From the IMG/VR virus record IMGVR_UViG_3300042922_000542, positions 62,001-126,000 of that record: a stretch of 64,000 nt of DNA; one strand, 5' to 3'. The notes below the pieces were generated by a model. That model was not told the DNA's origin, searched no databases, and saw only the letters and a list, made by a program, of their open reading frames with translations. Below, piece by piece: positions 42,526 through 51,902 of this stretch. The translations under genes and the position numbers were made by a program. Position 1 is the first letter of the stretch; the number at the start of each line of letters is the position of its first letter.

Positions 42526-42558
42526 AAAAAAGAAAGGGAATATTATTTACTCCCTTTC
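42526..42558 (-). terminator. Intrinsic terminator directly after the -1 frame stop
   Basis: Minus strand GAAAGGGAG-TAAATAATA-TTCCCTTTC-TTTTTT, 8 nt after TAA 42566. Confidence 0.8.
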
Positions 42559-42565
42559 CATCAGT

Positions 42566-42751
42566 TTATAATAATGAAGGATGTTCTGCGTTCCGTTTCC
42601 TTCTTAACTCAACTATCTTTAAAAAATGGGATTTAGGTAAATCATAGATATATTCGAATGTAGGATCTCCCTTAAAGATATTGCCCAATTCTTCTATGAA
42701 TGCTAGGATCTGATCAGTTTGACCTCGCTGCTGTTGAGAGATTGGGCTATT
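42566..42751 (-). CDS. -1 frameshift extension (61 aa) of the 609-aa protein; gp51/GT-like
   Basis: NSPISQQQRGQTDQILAFIEELGNIFKGDPTFEYIYDLPKSHFLKIVELRRKRNAEHPSLL*. It has no start of its own (in-frame TGA just upstream) and is entered via T TTT TTA at 42757..42751. Confidence 0.7.
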   Translation of the reverse strand, partial: NSPISQQQRGQTDQILAFIEELGNIFKGDPTFEYIYDLPKSHFLKIVELRRKRNAEHPSLL

Positions 42752-44532
42752 AAAAAAAGCAATGTCGACATGTCATCGATATTTATTTCACTCTTAGTAT
42801 GACATTTTGGACAAGATAAATCTTTTAATGTGAATTTAAATTTATAAGGATCAGTCATTAAATCCATTAATTCACTTATAGCTTTGCAATCTAATTCATC
42901 GAGCGTATGTATTACTTTCATAATGTCAGACCCATTGGCTATTTTTCTATACTTGTCACTAGTAATATCAGGTAATAGAATATATTTAATTACAGTTAAA
43001 CAAGATATTTCAAATAGACTTGATATAAATGCAGTTTCACTTTCTTTTACTGACACGATATCAGTTAATCTTGAATTTAAATAATCATAAGCCGAAATAT
43101 GCCCAAAGCAAAGAATAAAACCTGAAGATGGTAATTGCACACTATTTGCCAATTTAAGCATGGAGCCATCATAGTGTTCCATTATAGCATCATGATCCAT
43201 CAATTCGCCAGTAATTTTCATATCTTCCAATGTAACAACTGGAACGCTGCTCATTTGTATTAATGTTTTTGGATCATAAATCCAATCATAAACATTATTA
43301 CAATTCTTACCATGGCAGTCAATAGATACTATTTCTTTATCAAGACATGTTGCACAAAGTATAGCCCATAGCGCATATTCTAAATCGATAAATGATGTCT
43401 TCTTTAAGAAATCTTCAAATGCTGAAACCTTAATAACATTGCCAGTTGCATCTGCATATTCATATTCCTTAAAATCACCAATTGATGGATTCTTTATATG
43501 ATTGAATACTATAGACCACTTCTTTAATTCGCCATCTAAATTATTTAATTCTTGTGAATAAGACAAGTCCAATATTTCAGGATATGATAAACCTGTAAAT
43601 GTCGCACGATATTTTGATGCCGGCATAGACACTCTCATGTCATTCATTTTTCTTGTATATTGTTTTAATATAGCATCAATATTCAATGGACTATCAGCAC
43701 TATTATCTTCTTCTATAATGCTATATTCCATATTTTTTGTTTCAATGATATTTAATGTAACAGATCTAGATTTCTTAATCTTTTCAACTTCTTCTTTAGT
43801 GAAAGATATCTCTGGTACATTAGTTTTATCAATAATAATTTTAGACTCTGCGATTGTGCCATCCACTATTGGTTCGGTCACAACGGCCGCTTTAACTACA
43901 TCATCTGCAACGGCTGGTTCATCTCGATGTATAGCGCTAATCATAGTTGGTTGTATTTCGTTTACATCGGGAGTTACATTAACTTCCTTCTCTTCAATAT
44001 GAATTCTCTCTACAATCGCATCTGGAAATTGCTTAGTAATTGTTGAGATCAAGTCATCTAATCTCTGACCAGCCTTTACGGGATCTATATCTGAAGCAGC
44101 ATCCATTATACGACTATTAAATATAGTAGGTATATTTAAGTGTTTTATACCAAGACGTGTTTTGCTACATTCTATATTATAAACGGCTCTATCCATTTCA
44201 TCCATTTGATCAGCTACATGTTCAGATACTTTATCATCAAGAATATTTTTCAATTCATTTGGTTTTGATTTTTCTTCTAGTTCTTCCTTACTAAGAACAA
44301 CGCCTGTTGAACGTTTCATTTCGGTTAAACCTTCAAGTACACTATCATCCGGAACCCACTCTCCAGTGGATTCATCATTTGTCTTTTTAGGCATTTCCTT
44401 TCTGATAGGGGTCATGACTTCTTTATTTTCCGCATCACTTTTAAATATATCATTATTGGATATATTATGCTGCTCTGCATAATTATTGATCATATCAAAA
44501 ACACCAGAGGATTTATTAATTTGATTATCCAT
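42703..44532 (-). CDS. Tail/baseplate-hub assembly chaperone-like protein (T4 gp26-like C-terminus with two Cys pairs)
   Basis: SD AAGGAG; acidic disordered N-terminal half; CHGKNC and CPKC Cys pairs; ends ...DDMSTLLFL at the slippery site. Confidence 0.55.
   Translation of the reverse strand: MDNQINKSSGVFDMINNYAEQHNISNNDIFKSDAENKEVMTPIRKEMPKKTNDESTGEWVPDDSVLEGLTEMKRSTGVVLSKEELEEKSKPNELKNILDDKVSEHVADQMDEMDRAVYNIECSKTRLGIKHLNIPTIFNSRIMDAASDIDPVKAGQRLDDLISTITKQFPDAIVERIHIEEKEVNVTPDVNEIQPTMISAIHRDEPAVADDVVKAAVVTEPIVDGTIAESKIIIDKTNVPEISFTKEEVEKIKKSRSVTLNIIETKNMEYSIIEEDNSADSPLNIDAILKQYTRKMNDMRVSMPASKYRATFTGLSYPEILDLSYSQELNNLDGELKKWSIVFNHIKNPSIGDFKEYEYADATGNVIKVSAFEDFLKKTSFIDLEYALWAILCATCLDKEIVSIDCHGKNCNNVYDWIYDPKTLIQMSSVPVVTLEDMKITGELMDHDAIMEHYDGSMLKLANSVQLPSSGFILCFGHISAYDYLNSRLTDIVSVKESETAFISSLFEISCLTVIKYILLPDITSDKYRKIANGSDIMKVIHTLDELDCKAISELMDLMTDPYKFKFTLKDLSCPKCHTKSEINIDDMSTLLFLIAQSLNSSEVKLIRS
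42751..42757 (-). promoter_or_regulatory. Slippery heptamer U_UUU_UUA (-1 programmed frameshift)
   Basis: 0-frame codons CTT TTT TTA place TTTTTTA in exact X_XXY_YYZ phase. Confidence 0.7.
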
Positions 44533-44600
44533 GATTTATAATCTCCTTCATAAAATTATATTTTTTATTATTAATACTAAAGTAATATACGTTGATTTAT

Positions 44601-45872
44601 TTAATTATAATATTTCATCATAAATATAAAATAATTAAATATCCCTCTTCTATAATAAATGATAGTAGCTTCTCTATTATAATCTTGACGAATATCTATA
44701 ATATCATCCATCCAATAATCTAGGGTTTCCTTTATCAACTTATGCTGTTCTATCTTAGATGTGCCGAGTGATCTATATAATGCTAATCCGAAGTTTATAA
44801 ATTCAGCAGAATCTACATCATTACTTGAAAATTTTTCATCTGATTTAAATAAATAAACTACATTTTCAATGAATATATTTAATTTATTTTTTTTATTCGC
44901 GTATATCTTGTTTAAATATCCGACTAAATTATCTTTATTAATGTTTACTGCATCTGCAACTGCTCCTGCAATTGATAAGTTCACTGAGTTTATTAAAAAT
45001 TTATTATATAAATTTTCACTAGTTGCAGCAATATCGGTCATAGTTCCTTCATTATCAACAAATTTACCGTCATCCATTTGATCTACTTGTGAATGCATTG
45101 TTGCATCCTTTTTATAATTATCATAATATTTATTTGCAATATTTTTGAATGCTGAATTTAATTGATTTCTGATACGTACTGTAAAATCTATTAATTCATG
45201 ATCGACTCCGGTTTTAAGTTTTTCTGTATGGAAATCTAATGCCGAATGAGCAATATACTTTAACAAACCAAGTAGATTTTTTTGTTTCTTTATACTAAAT
45301 CTATTTGGTAGATGCTCAATTGTATATTCCATTACATCCGCTTTAACCTCTGCACCGATTTTCCAATATTTTCTAAATACTAATGGGTACTCAGCAAATA
45401 CCGATAAATACTCGCAACACTCTATGATATCAGTATAATTTTTATTAAGACTTTCACTTATCATAGCTGCAATAAATAACTTGTGTATTGCAGATCTTAG
45501 TGTTTGAAATTTACTTTCACCCTGATATGCTACCTTTATCATTTCATCAAACATTTCTATCAGTTCTTTATGGGTAACACCAAACAGATCATACAAAAAT
45601 GCTGTTTCCTTTTCATTAAATGAAAATATATACACCGGTCCGGATGTCAATAATTTAGACGAATTATCATCTATAAATTTACCAATGAAATCTATTATCT
45701 TATCTCGATTTGAAGCTACAGCTAGTGTTGGTGCTATTTTTTTGTCGATAAGATTTTCCTTTAAATAATAACTTTTATTTTTTACCAATGCCTCTAAAAA
45801 TACATTAGATGAATTATTTTCTTCTATAGCATTTTCCATATACGTTTGATATAGCGCCGGGTTCTTATACAT
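44601..45872 (-). CDS. Hypothetical helical protein
   Basis: SD AGAAGGAG; 423 aa; no motif recognised. Confidence 0.8.
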   Translation of the reverse strand: MYKNPALYQTYMENAIEENNSSNVFLEALVKNKSYYLKENLIDKKIAPTLAVASNRDKIIDFIGKFIDDNSSKLLTSGPVYIFSFNEKETAFLYDLFGVTHKELIEMFDEMIKVAYQGESKFQTLRSAIHKLFIAAMISESLNKNYTDIIECCEYLSVFAEYPLVFRKYWKIGAEVKADVMEYTIEHLPNRFSIKKQKNLLGLLKYIAHSALDFHTEKLKTGVDHELIDFTVRIRNQLNSAFKNIANKYYDNYKKDATMHSQVDQMDDGKFVDNEGTMTDIAATSENLYNKFLINSVNLSIAGAVADAVNINKDNLVGYLNKIYANKKNKLNIFIENVVYLFKSDEKFSSNDVDSAEFINFGLALYRSLGTSKIEQHKLIKETLDYWMDDIIDIRQDYNREATIIYYRRGIFNYFIFMMKYYN

Positions 45873-45926
45873 ATTATTTCTCCTTCTATTTTTTATTTTA
45901 TATTATTGAACAGCTAAAACATCTGT

Positions 45927-45937
45927 TTATATATTAT
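45927..45937 (+). promoter_or_regulatory. TTATATATTAT promoter-like motif
   Basis: Exact copy 48 nt before the SMC ATG. Confidence 0.6.
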
Positions 45938-45984
45938 GATAATATATACGTGATAAACTTAGATATACTAGAGGGGACGGACTT

Positions 45985-48558
45985 ATGAAAATTAATCATA
46001 TTAAATTAGAAAATGCTGCCGGCATTTTAGTCGGCCAAAATAAAAGAGTTCTAGATATTGATCTTACAAAATCTCAAAATGCATTAATATCAATTCAAGG
46101 TGATAATGGATCTGGTAAATCTGTATTATTATCATCACTCTCACCATTTGCATCTACCACATCATTAGATGAGCGAAGTTCTATTCCATACATAATCGCT
46201 GGTAAATTGGGTTATAAGGAAATACATTACAATGATATGGGTAAAGATATAATTATAAAGCACTATTTTAAACCTAATACTACTGGCAGTCATTCTGTAA
46301 AAAGTTATTTTCAACTTAATGGCGATGAGCTAAACGAAAATGGTAATGTTACTTCATTCTTATCATTAGTTGAAATTCATATGGGTATTACCCCCGAGAT
46401 GATGAGATTAATACGTTTAGGGACTAATGTCAATTCATTTACATCATTAAAGCCAGCAGATAGAAAGAGTTATGTTGGTAAATTAATTGAAGAGATCGAT
46501 CTATACATGAAAGTATATAAAAAGATAAATGAAGATTTGAGAATCCTGAAAGTACTAATGTCAACTAATGCGAATAATCTCCACAATTGTCATATTACAG
46601 ACATTATTGTAGAAAAAAATAAATTGAAAGATTTAGAAGATGAGATAAATATATATGAAAGTAAAAAATACCAACTTCAATTAAAGATTGATAAAATATC
46701 TGCACTCGAAACTGAAAATAATTTATCCGATCTTATAAATAAACGAAAAGAAATAGAAGTTTCATTATATGATTTTAATAAGACTGAATGTGAGATTAAA
46801 GAAAAATCACTTACCGATACTAGTGTTGATGATTTAATTAAACACAGGTCTAAAATTATTGATAATAAAATAGATTTACAAGCCAATATCAATGCCATGC
46901 GTTTAAGTATTGATGATTCATTAAGCCGCATTGATAATATATCAGCGATTGTGAAAAAGACTATTTCTAATAATGATATTGAATCATTGATCTCATTAAT
47001 TCAGGACTTAAAAGATCGAATTAAAAATACTAATGATATTGTAAAAGGATTTTATCCAACTGGTTGCACATCCGATGATATAACCCGACTTATTAATAGT
47101 CTATCATCATTTAATCAAATAGGATCGATGATGTATACATTTGGCAATAAACCAATATCAATATATTTGAAATTACGTCGAGAGAACATACAAATTGATT
47201 CATTCATAAAGGATCATATCAATCGAAATTTAGCTACAGTCGGTGATAATGAAATAAAGAGATTATTATCTCAGGTATTTCAAAATGATATTATAATTAC
47301 ACCTAATTGTGATACTGAATTTGAGGAATGCCCATATTATAGATTCTCTGAAATGATAAATGATTTTAGAAATAAAGTTGACGATAATGTTTATGATGAA
47401 GAAACTTTACGCTATCTGCGAGTGGTAGCTAACAACGTAGATACTATTTTGAATGAAATCGATTCTTTGATGCGAACAGTTCGTATACCTGACGGGTTAA
47501 AGGACGGTTTATATGAACGAGATATACTAAATCGTCTAGATAGTAAATTGCCCTTATTTGAATTATCATCTATACAAGAATATTTATCATTATTGAAATC
47601 ATATGAATTATATAAAATCGATCTTGAAAGATTAGAGCAATGTGAAGCTCAACTATCAATATATAAATCATCAGGTATCGATAGTCAATTGGCTGAAATT
47701 AAAGTATTGGAAGATAATATATCTAAACATAAATCTAGTATTATGACAAAAGAAAAGGATCTATTGAAATTAGAAGAAGCACTTGATAATATTGAATTTA
47801 ATATAGGACTAATGACTAAATTCAATGATAGTAAAAAATACAAAACTATGATGCAAAACAGTCTAAATGATATAAATAAAATACTAGTCCCATTAGAAGA
47901 ATCTTCTGGACAAAAAATGGAATTGAACTATAAGCTTCGGGAATATAATCATACTATTGATTTATTGAAGTCTGAATCAAAGTATCTTGAAAATCGAATA
48001 AATGAATATCGTAAATTAATAATCGAAAGTGAAAAATTAAAAGATAAATACAATAAGTTGAACATAATCGCAGAATCGGTATCAACTAGAAAAGGTATAC
48101 CGCTAATATATATGAATACATATTTAAGACGAATAGAAAAATTAACTAATGAATTACTGTCAATCATATATGGCGGGGATCTATATATTGATAAATTTAA
48201 TATCACTGCTGATACATTTGAGATTCCGTACGTTAAAAATGGGACGGTGATTCCTGATATTAGATATGCAAGTCAATCGGAATCGGCATTAATGACAATG
48301 GCATTATCATTTGCTCTTGCATATAATGCTACTGGGAAATATAATATATTGCTCCTTGATGAAATTGATTCCGGTTTAGATGAAAGAAATCGTTCTGCAT
48401 TCTTACAAATGCTACGTAGAATAATGCAGAAGATTCAGTCTGAGCAAGTATTTATTATATCTCAAAATGCATCACAAATAGTAAATTTACCAATGGACGT
48501 AATTAAAACAACTGACGTACAGATATCAGGTAAAATGCAGCATGTAATATATGAATAA
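45985..48558 (+). CDS. SMC/Rad50/SbcC-like ATPase
   Basis: Walker A GDNGSGKS, long coiled coils, degenerate signature ASQSE, Walker B/D-loop LLLDEIDSGLD. Confidence 0.85.
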   Translation: MKINHIKLENAAGILVGQNKRVLDIDLTKSQNALISIQGDNGSGKSVLLSSLSPFASTTSLDERSSIPYIIAGKLGYKEIHYNDMGKDIIIKHYFKPNTTGSHSVKSYFQLNGDELNENGNVTSFLSLVEIHMGITPEMMRLIRLGTNVNSFTSLKPADRKSYVGKLIEEIDLYMKVYKKINEDLRILKVLMSTNANNLHNCHITDIIVEKNKLKDLEDEINIYESKKYQLQLKIDKISALETENNLSDLINKRKEIEVSLYDFNKTECEIKEKSLTDTSVDDLIKHRSKIIDNKIDLQANINAMRLSIDDSLSRIDNISAIVKKTISNNDIESLISLIQDLKDRIKNTNDIVKGFYPTGCTSDDITRLINSLSSFNQIGSMMYTFGNKPISIYLKLRRENIQIDSFIKDHINRNLATVGDNEIKRLLSQVFQNDIIITPNCDTEFEECPYYRFSEMINDFRNKVDDNVYDEETLRYLRVVANNVDTILNEIDSLMRTVRIPDGLKDGLYERDILNRLDSKLPLFELSSIQEYLSLLKSYELYKIDLERLEQCEAQLSIYKSSGIDSQLAEIKVLEDNISKHKSSIMTKEKDLLKLEEALDNIEFNIGLMTKFNDSKKYKTMMQNSLNDINKILVPLEESSGQKMELNYKLREYNHTIDLLKSESKYLENRINEYRKLIIESEKLKDKYNKLNIIAESVSTRKGIPLIYMNTYLRRIEKLTNELLSIIYGGDLYIDKFNITADTFEIPYVKNGTVIPDIRYASQSESALMTMALSFALAYNATGKYNILLLDEIDSGLDERNRSAFLQMLRRIMQKIQSEQVFIISQNASQIVNLPMDVIKTTDVQISGKMQHVIYE

Positions 48559-48625
48559 TTTTATAATAAAGGGTGGAACTATCCACCCTTTATTTTTTAG
48601 TTAATCGCATATAACTAGTGTTTTA

Positions 48626-48636
48626 TTATATATTAT
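48626..48636 (+). promoter_or_regulatory. TTATATATTAT promoter-like motif
   Basis: Exact copy 40 nt before ATG 48676. Confidence 0.6.
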
Positions 48637-48675
48637 ATTAATATGAATGATAAGAATAATTTGGAGGTTTTTAAA

Positions 48676-49179
48676 ATGGAAAAGGAAATAAAAACTGTTG
48701 ATATTAAATGCACCGCACATTTTGAAATCGTTGGTGTGGATAAAAATGCTCTTAATCTTAGAATGTATGTCGATGAACTAATTAAAAATGATATGTTTAC
48801 ACTCCAACATCATGGAGGACGATATGCAAAAAATGATGCGAAATTATGTTGTACTAGTAATAGAATTAATATTTTATCTAATCGACGTAATGGCGGTAGA
48901 GTTCATCCGTGTTGCGGGTTTAATTGTGAAGTTGATTTTTCTAAGGAGGAAGCAAGTATTCTCATATCAGCTCATGTTGATAATTATACAACAGGTGAAG
49001 AAATAGATGTTAACTTTAGATTTGTTACATGCATTAGAGGTATGAAAGAAGTAGACAAATATAAGCGAATGCTGGACGAGTTCAATGAAAAAAGAATTAT
49101 TGAGGAGGCCGAAGCTACAAAAAGAGAAATTATTGAAAAAGAAAATGCCGAGAGAATTATGGATTTTCTGAGATCATAA
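48676..49179 (+). CDS. Hypothetical protein, paralogue family A
   Basis: SD GGAGGT before ATG 48676. The pattern IxCxAxFxI...LxMxVxxLIxN is shared with 52870 and 53371. Confidence 0.7.
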   Translation: MEKEIKTVDIKCTAHFEIVGVDKNALNLRMYVDELIKNDMFTLQHHGGRYAKNDAKLCCTSNRINILSNRRNGGRVHPCCGFNCEVDFSKEEASILISAHVDNYTTGEEIDVNFRFVTCIRGMKEVDKYKRMLDEFNEKRIIEEAEATKREIIEKENAERIMDFLRS

Positions 49180-49193
49180 AATAGGAGGAATAA

Positions 49194-49568
49194 ATGTGTA
49201 TAAAAATAATAGATACAACTGAATATCGAACTATATGTTTACACACTAAAAACAATGATTGTTTATTTAAGGCCAAGGTCTTTACATTTAATAATCGTAT
49301 TATATTGCGATGCAGTATAAATAAATTCTATTATAGTACGCATTTACTTGAAAATTCTGGCAATATCGAATATATCGAAAAATTTATCCAGGAATATGAT
49401 CGATTTCAAAAAATAAATTGGAATAGTGAATTAGAAAAATGGTATAATGGAATGCCTAAATTTGGAATGAAACTATGTCAAGAATATGATTTTATATTAA
49501 ATAAAATACGTTCTATATTTAATAATATATCAAATGAAATTGATCTTGTTATGGTTGAATATTTATAA
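49194..49568 (+). CDS. Hypothetical protein
   Basis: SD AGGAGG; 124 aa. Confidence 0.7.
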   Translation: MCIKIIDTTEYRTICLHTKNNDCLFKAKVFTFNNRIILRCSINKFYYSTHLLENSGNIEYIEKFIQEYDRFQKINWNSELEKWYNGMPKFGMKLCQEYDFILNKIRSIFNNISNEIDLVMVEYL

Positions 49569-49629
49569 AAAACTATGCAGAAATACAATATGATTTATAT
49601 TAAAAAAATAAAATTATAAGGAGATAATT

Positions 49630-50097
49630 ATGAAAAATATTACAAAGGTATTTATTATTACAATCGTGGCGTTAATGATATCATCACTGTCAATTACTAT
49701 GGCAGCTTCTTCTCCATCATTAGAAAAACCTAAATATACTATAGGTACTGGAGGACCTGTTACACCTGCTAAAGAATATGTTATTGGTACTGGAGGACCT
49801 GTTACACCTGCTAAAGAATATGTTATTGGTACTGGAGGACCTGTTACACCTGCTAAAGAATATGTTATTGGTACTGGAGGACCTGTTACACCAACTAAGG
49901 AATATGTTATTGAGATGGGTCTAATCAATATTAACTATAATGCAGAAGATGATCAAGTATTATTCACATTTGTTGTGGATATCCCTAATATTGGTATGTT
50001 TGAATGTAAAGCAGTTGCAAATGAATTTAAACATAACTCCGAACAAGATACTGTTAATTCAGAAAAATTTATGAAGTATATTAAAAGTCAAAAATAA
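49630..50097 (+). CDS. Exported protein with Sec signal peptide and 4x 14-aa repeat
   Basis: MKNITKVFIITIVALMISSLSITMA-A signal peptide; (GTGGPVTPAKEYVI)x4. Confidence 0.8.
   Translation: MKNITKVFIITIVALMISSLSITMAASSPSLEKPKYTIGTGGPVTPAKEYVIGTGGPVTPAKEYVIGTGGPVTPAKEYVIGTGGPVTPTKEYVIEMGLININYNAEDDQVLFTFVVDIPNIGMFECKAVANEFKHNSEQDTVNSEKFMKYIKSQK
49744..49911 (+). repeat. 42-bp coding tandem repeat x4
   Basis: Unit GGTACTGGAGGACCTGTTACACCTGCTAAAGAATATGTTATT: three identical copies plus one variant, in frame, no spacers. Confidence 0.95.
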
Positions 50098-50240
50098 AAT
50101 AAGTTAGGGACATTATCCCTAACTTATTTTTTATATATTGAGGATGATCGTTTATATCCGCAGTATATAATAATTCAAATTCAAGTGTAAAAATTATATT
50201 ACATAATATATTTTAAAAATAAAATTATAAGGAGATAATT

Positions 50241-51218
50241 ATGAAAAATATCACAAAAATATTTATTATCATAATGATCATAATGATGATATCATCACTG
50301 TCAATAGCAATGGCTGCTTCTTTCCCATCATTAGAAAAACCTAAATCTACTATTGATATTGAAATACCAGTTACAACGAGTCAAGCAATATATAATGTTG
50401 GTACTATAGTTACTGGTATTGATGCGGCTAAACAATTAACGATAGATTCAAATAATAATATATACTATATCGATTTCTATAATAATGAGCGTAATAAACT
50501 CATGTGTATCACCGATGGTATTATTGATGTAGTTGCAGATGGTGGAACAGAAAAAGCTCGGGTACTGGATTTAATTAATATTGTATATGACCCAAAAGAA
50601 GATCGCGTATTATTACTATGCAATGTCAATTCAGGATATTATGCTTATAATTCCGAATTCATTGGAACATCTGCGATATATGATGTTGCTGATTTATCTG
50701 CACCGATAGCTACTTTCCAAGAAGGGTATTTTACATCTTTCTCTAATCCTATTATGTTGAATAATGTAATTATTAATAATGGATTAAGATTTGATATTAA
50801 TGCATCCACTACAACAATATTTACTGGTGGATATTATTCAATATATAATAGAATAATTGATAAACAATATATCACATTTGATGGTATATTTCGTAAATTT
50901 AATCTATCATTGAATAAAGAAATTGAAATCTCTGTAGATTTTGACAACATAAAAACTGTAGATTCAATATCATCCTATAATGATAAATTTTATTTATACT
51001 CGAAAGATGATTGTAGTTTCTATGAAATTGATACTAGAAATGATAATCCTAAAGCTGAATTATTTATAGCGGGGGATGAATTGATTATAAATGATTTTCT
51101 ACCATTTAGTAGTGTTGAGGAATTTACATTTATCAATGATGGTGAAATAATATTCTATGATAATATTAATAAAGCTATCAGAACTATATCTGTTCAAGAA
51201 ACAAATGGAGGAATATAA
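50241..51218 (+). CDS. Exported protein, possible beta-propeller (NHL-like)
   Basis: Signal peptide nearly identical to that of 49630; blade-like QLTIDSNNNIYYID and FINDGEIIFYDNINKAIRTI. Confidence 0.7.
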   Translation: MKNITKIFIIIMIIMMISSLSIAMAASFPSLEKPKSTIDIEIPVTTSQAIYNVGTIVTGIDAAKQLTIDSNNNIYYIDFYNNERNKLMCITDGIIDVVADGGTEKARVLDLINIVYDPKEDRVLLLCNVNSGYYAYNSEFIGTSAIYDVADLSAPIATFQEGYFTSFSNPIMLNNVIINNGLRFDINASTTTIFTGGYYSIYNRIIDKQYITFDGIFRKFNLSLNKEIEISVDFDNIKTVDSISSYNDKFYLYSKDDCSFYEIDTRNDNPKAELFIAGDELIINDFLPFSSVEEFTFINDGEIIFYDNINKAIRTISVQETNGGI

Positions 51219-51266
51219 GATAACTTGCAATAATTAATATTATATATAAAAATTGAAAGGACGACA

Positions 51267-51863
51267 ATGATTATGAAAGCAAAAGAGTATTTTAAGCAAT
51301 TATGTGATGACAGCTCTCCATTACTTTTTGCGGCTAGGATTAATAATATTCATTCGAGCATGGTCAATGAAATAAAAAATTTAATAGCAGTACGCCATAT
51401 TCAAAGAGATGAAAGTCGATTGAGTGTATTAAAAGAAATGGATAATAAATGGAAGGCTATTGTACGACTTGTACATAAATCATCATACGATATTGATATA
51501 GACGATGATGAATTCATATTATACATGTATGACAATGTACCAGAGTTTAAAAAATTCATCCATGTAGAAAAATGTATTGATGAAAATACCGACGATGGAA
51601 AAGAAAATATTCCTTATGTTCATAAACTTGTACCTCTCAATGAAATAACTGATGATAACATTAAATATGAAATATTAGAATGTATGTATGCAATTGGTAA
51701 GTACAGTGATATGGATATACCATTAAATTCATTAACACCATTAATCCATAGAGTAACGTTATTGCGATACTGGAAGAAAAATGGAATAAACTATGAACAA
51801 ATTGATGAATTTGAAAAAGATCGAGATGAATTTGTGAATAATGTTATTAGACCGATGATGTAA
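51267..51863 (+). CDS. Hypothetical protein
   Basis: SD AAGGA; 198 aa. Confidence 0.75.
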   Translation: MIMKAKEYFKQLCDDSSPLLFAARINNIHSSMVNEIKNLIAVRHIQRDESRLSVLKEMDNKWKAIVRLVHKSSYDIDIDDDEFILYMYDNVPEFKKFIHVEKCIDENTDDGKENIPYVHKLVPLNEITDDNIKYEILECMYAIGKYSDMDIPLNSLTPLIHRVTLLRYWKKNGINYEQIDEFEKDRDEFVNNVIRPMM

Positions 51864-51902
51864 ATTAAATAAAATTAAATAAATAAAATTTCATAAAATA
51901 AT

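Noticed and set aside
44601-45872. 423-aa helical protein as the sigma-like RNAP specificity subunit or nuclear shell protein
   Set aside because: No recognisable motif; size and context alone are insufficient.
49744-49911. 42-bp repeats as a CRISPR array
   Set aside because: Repeats abut with no spacers, are a multiple of 3 and lie in frame inside a signal-peptide CDS.
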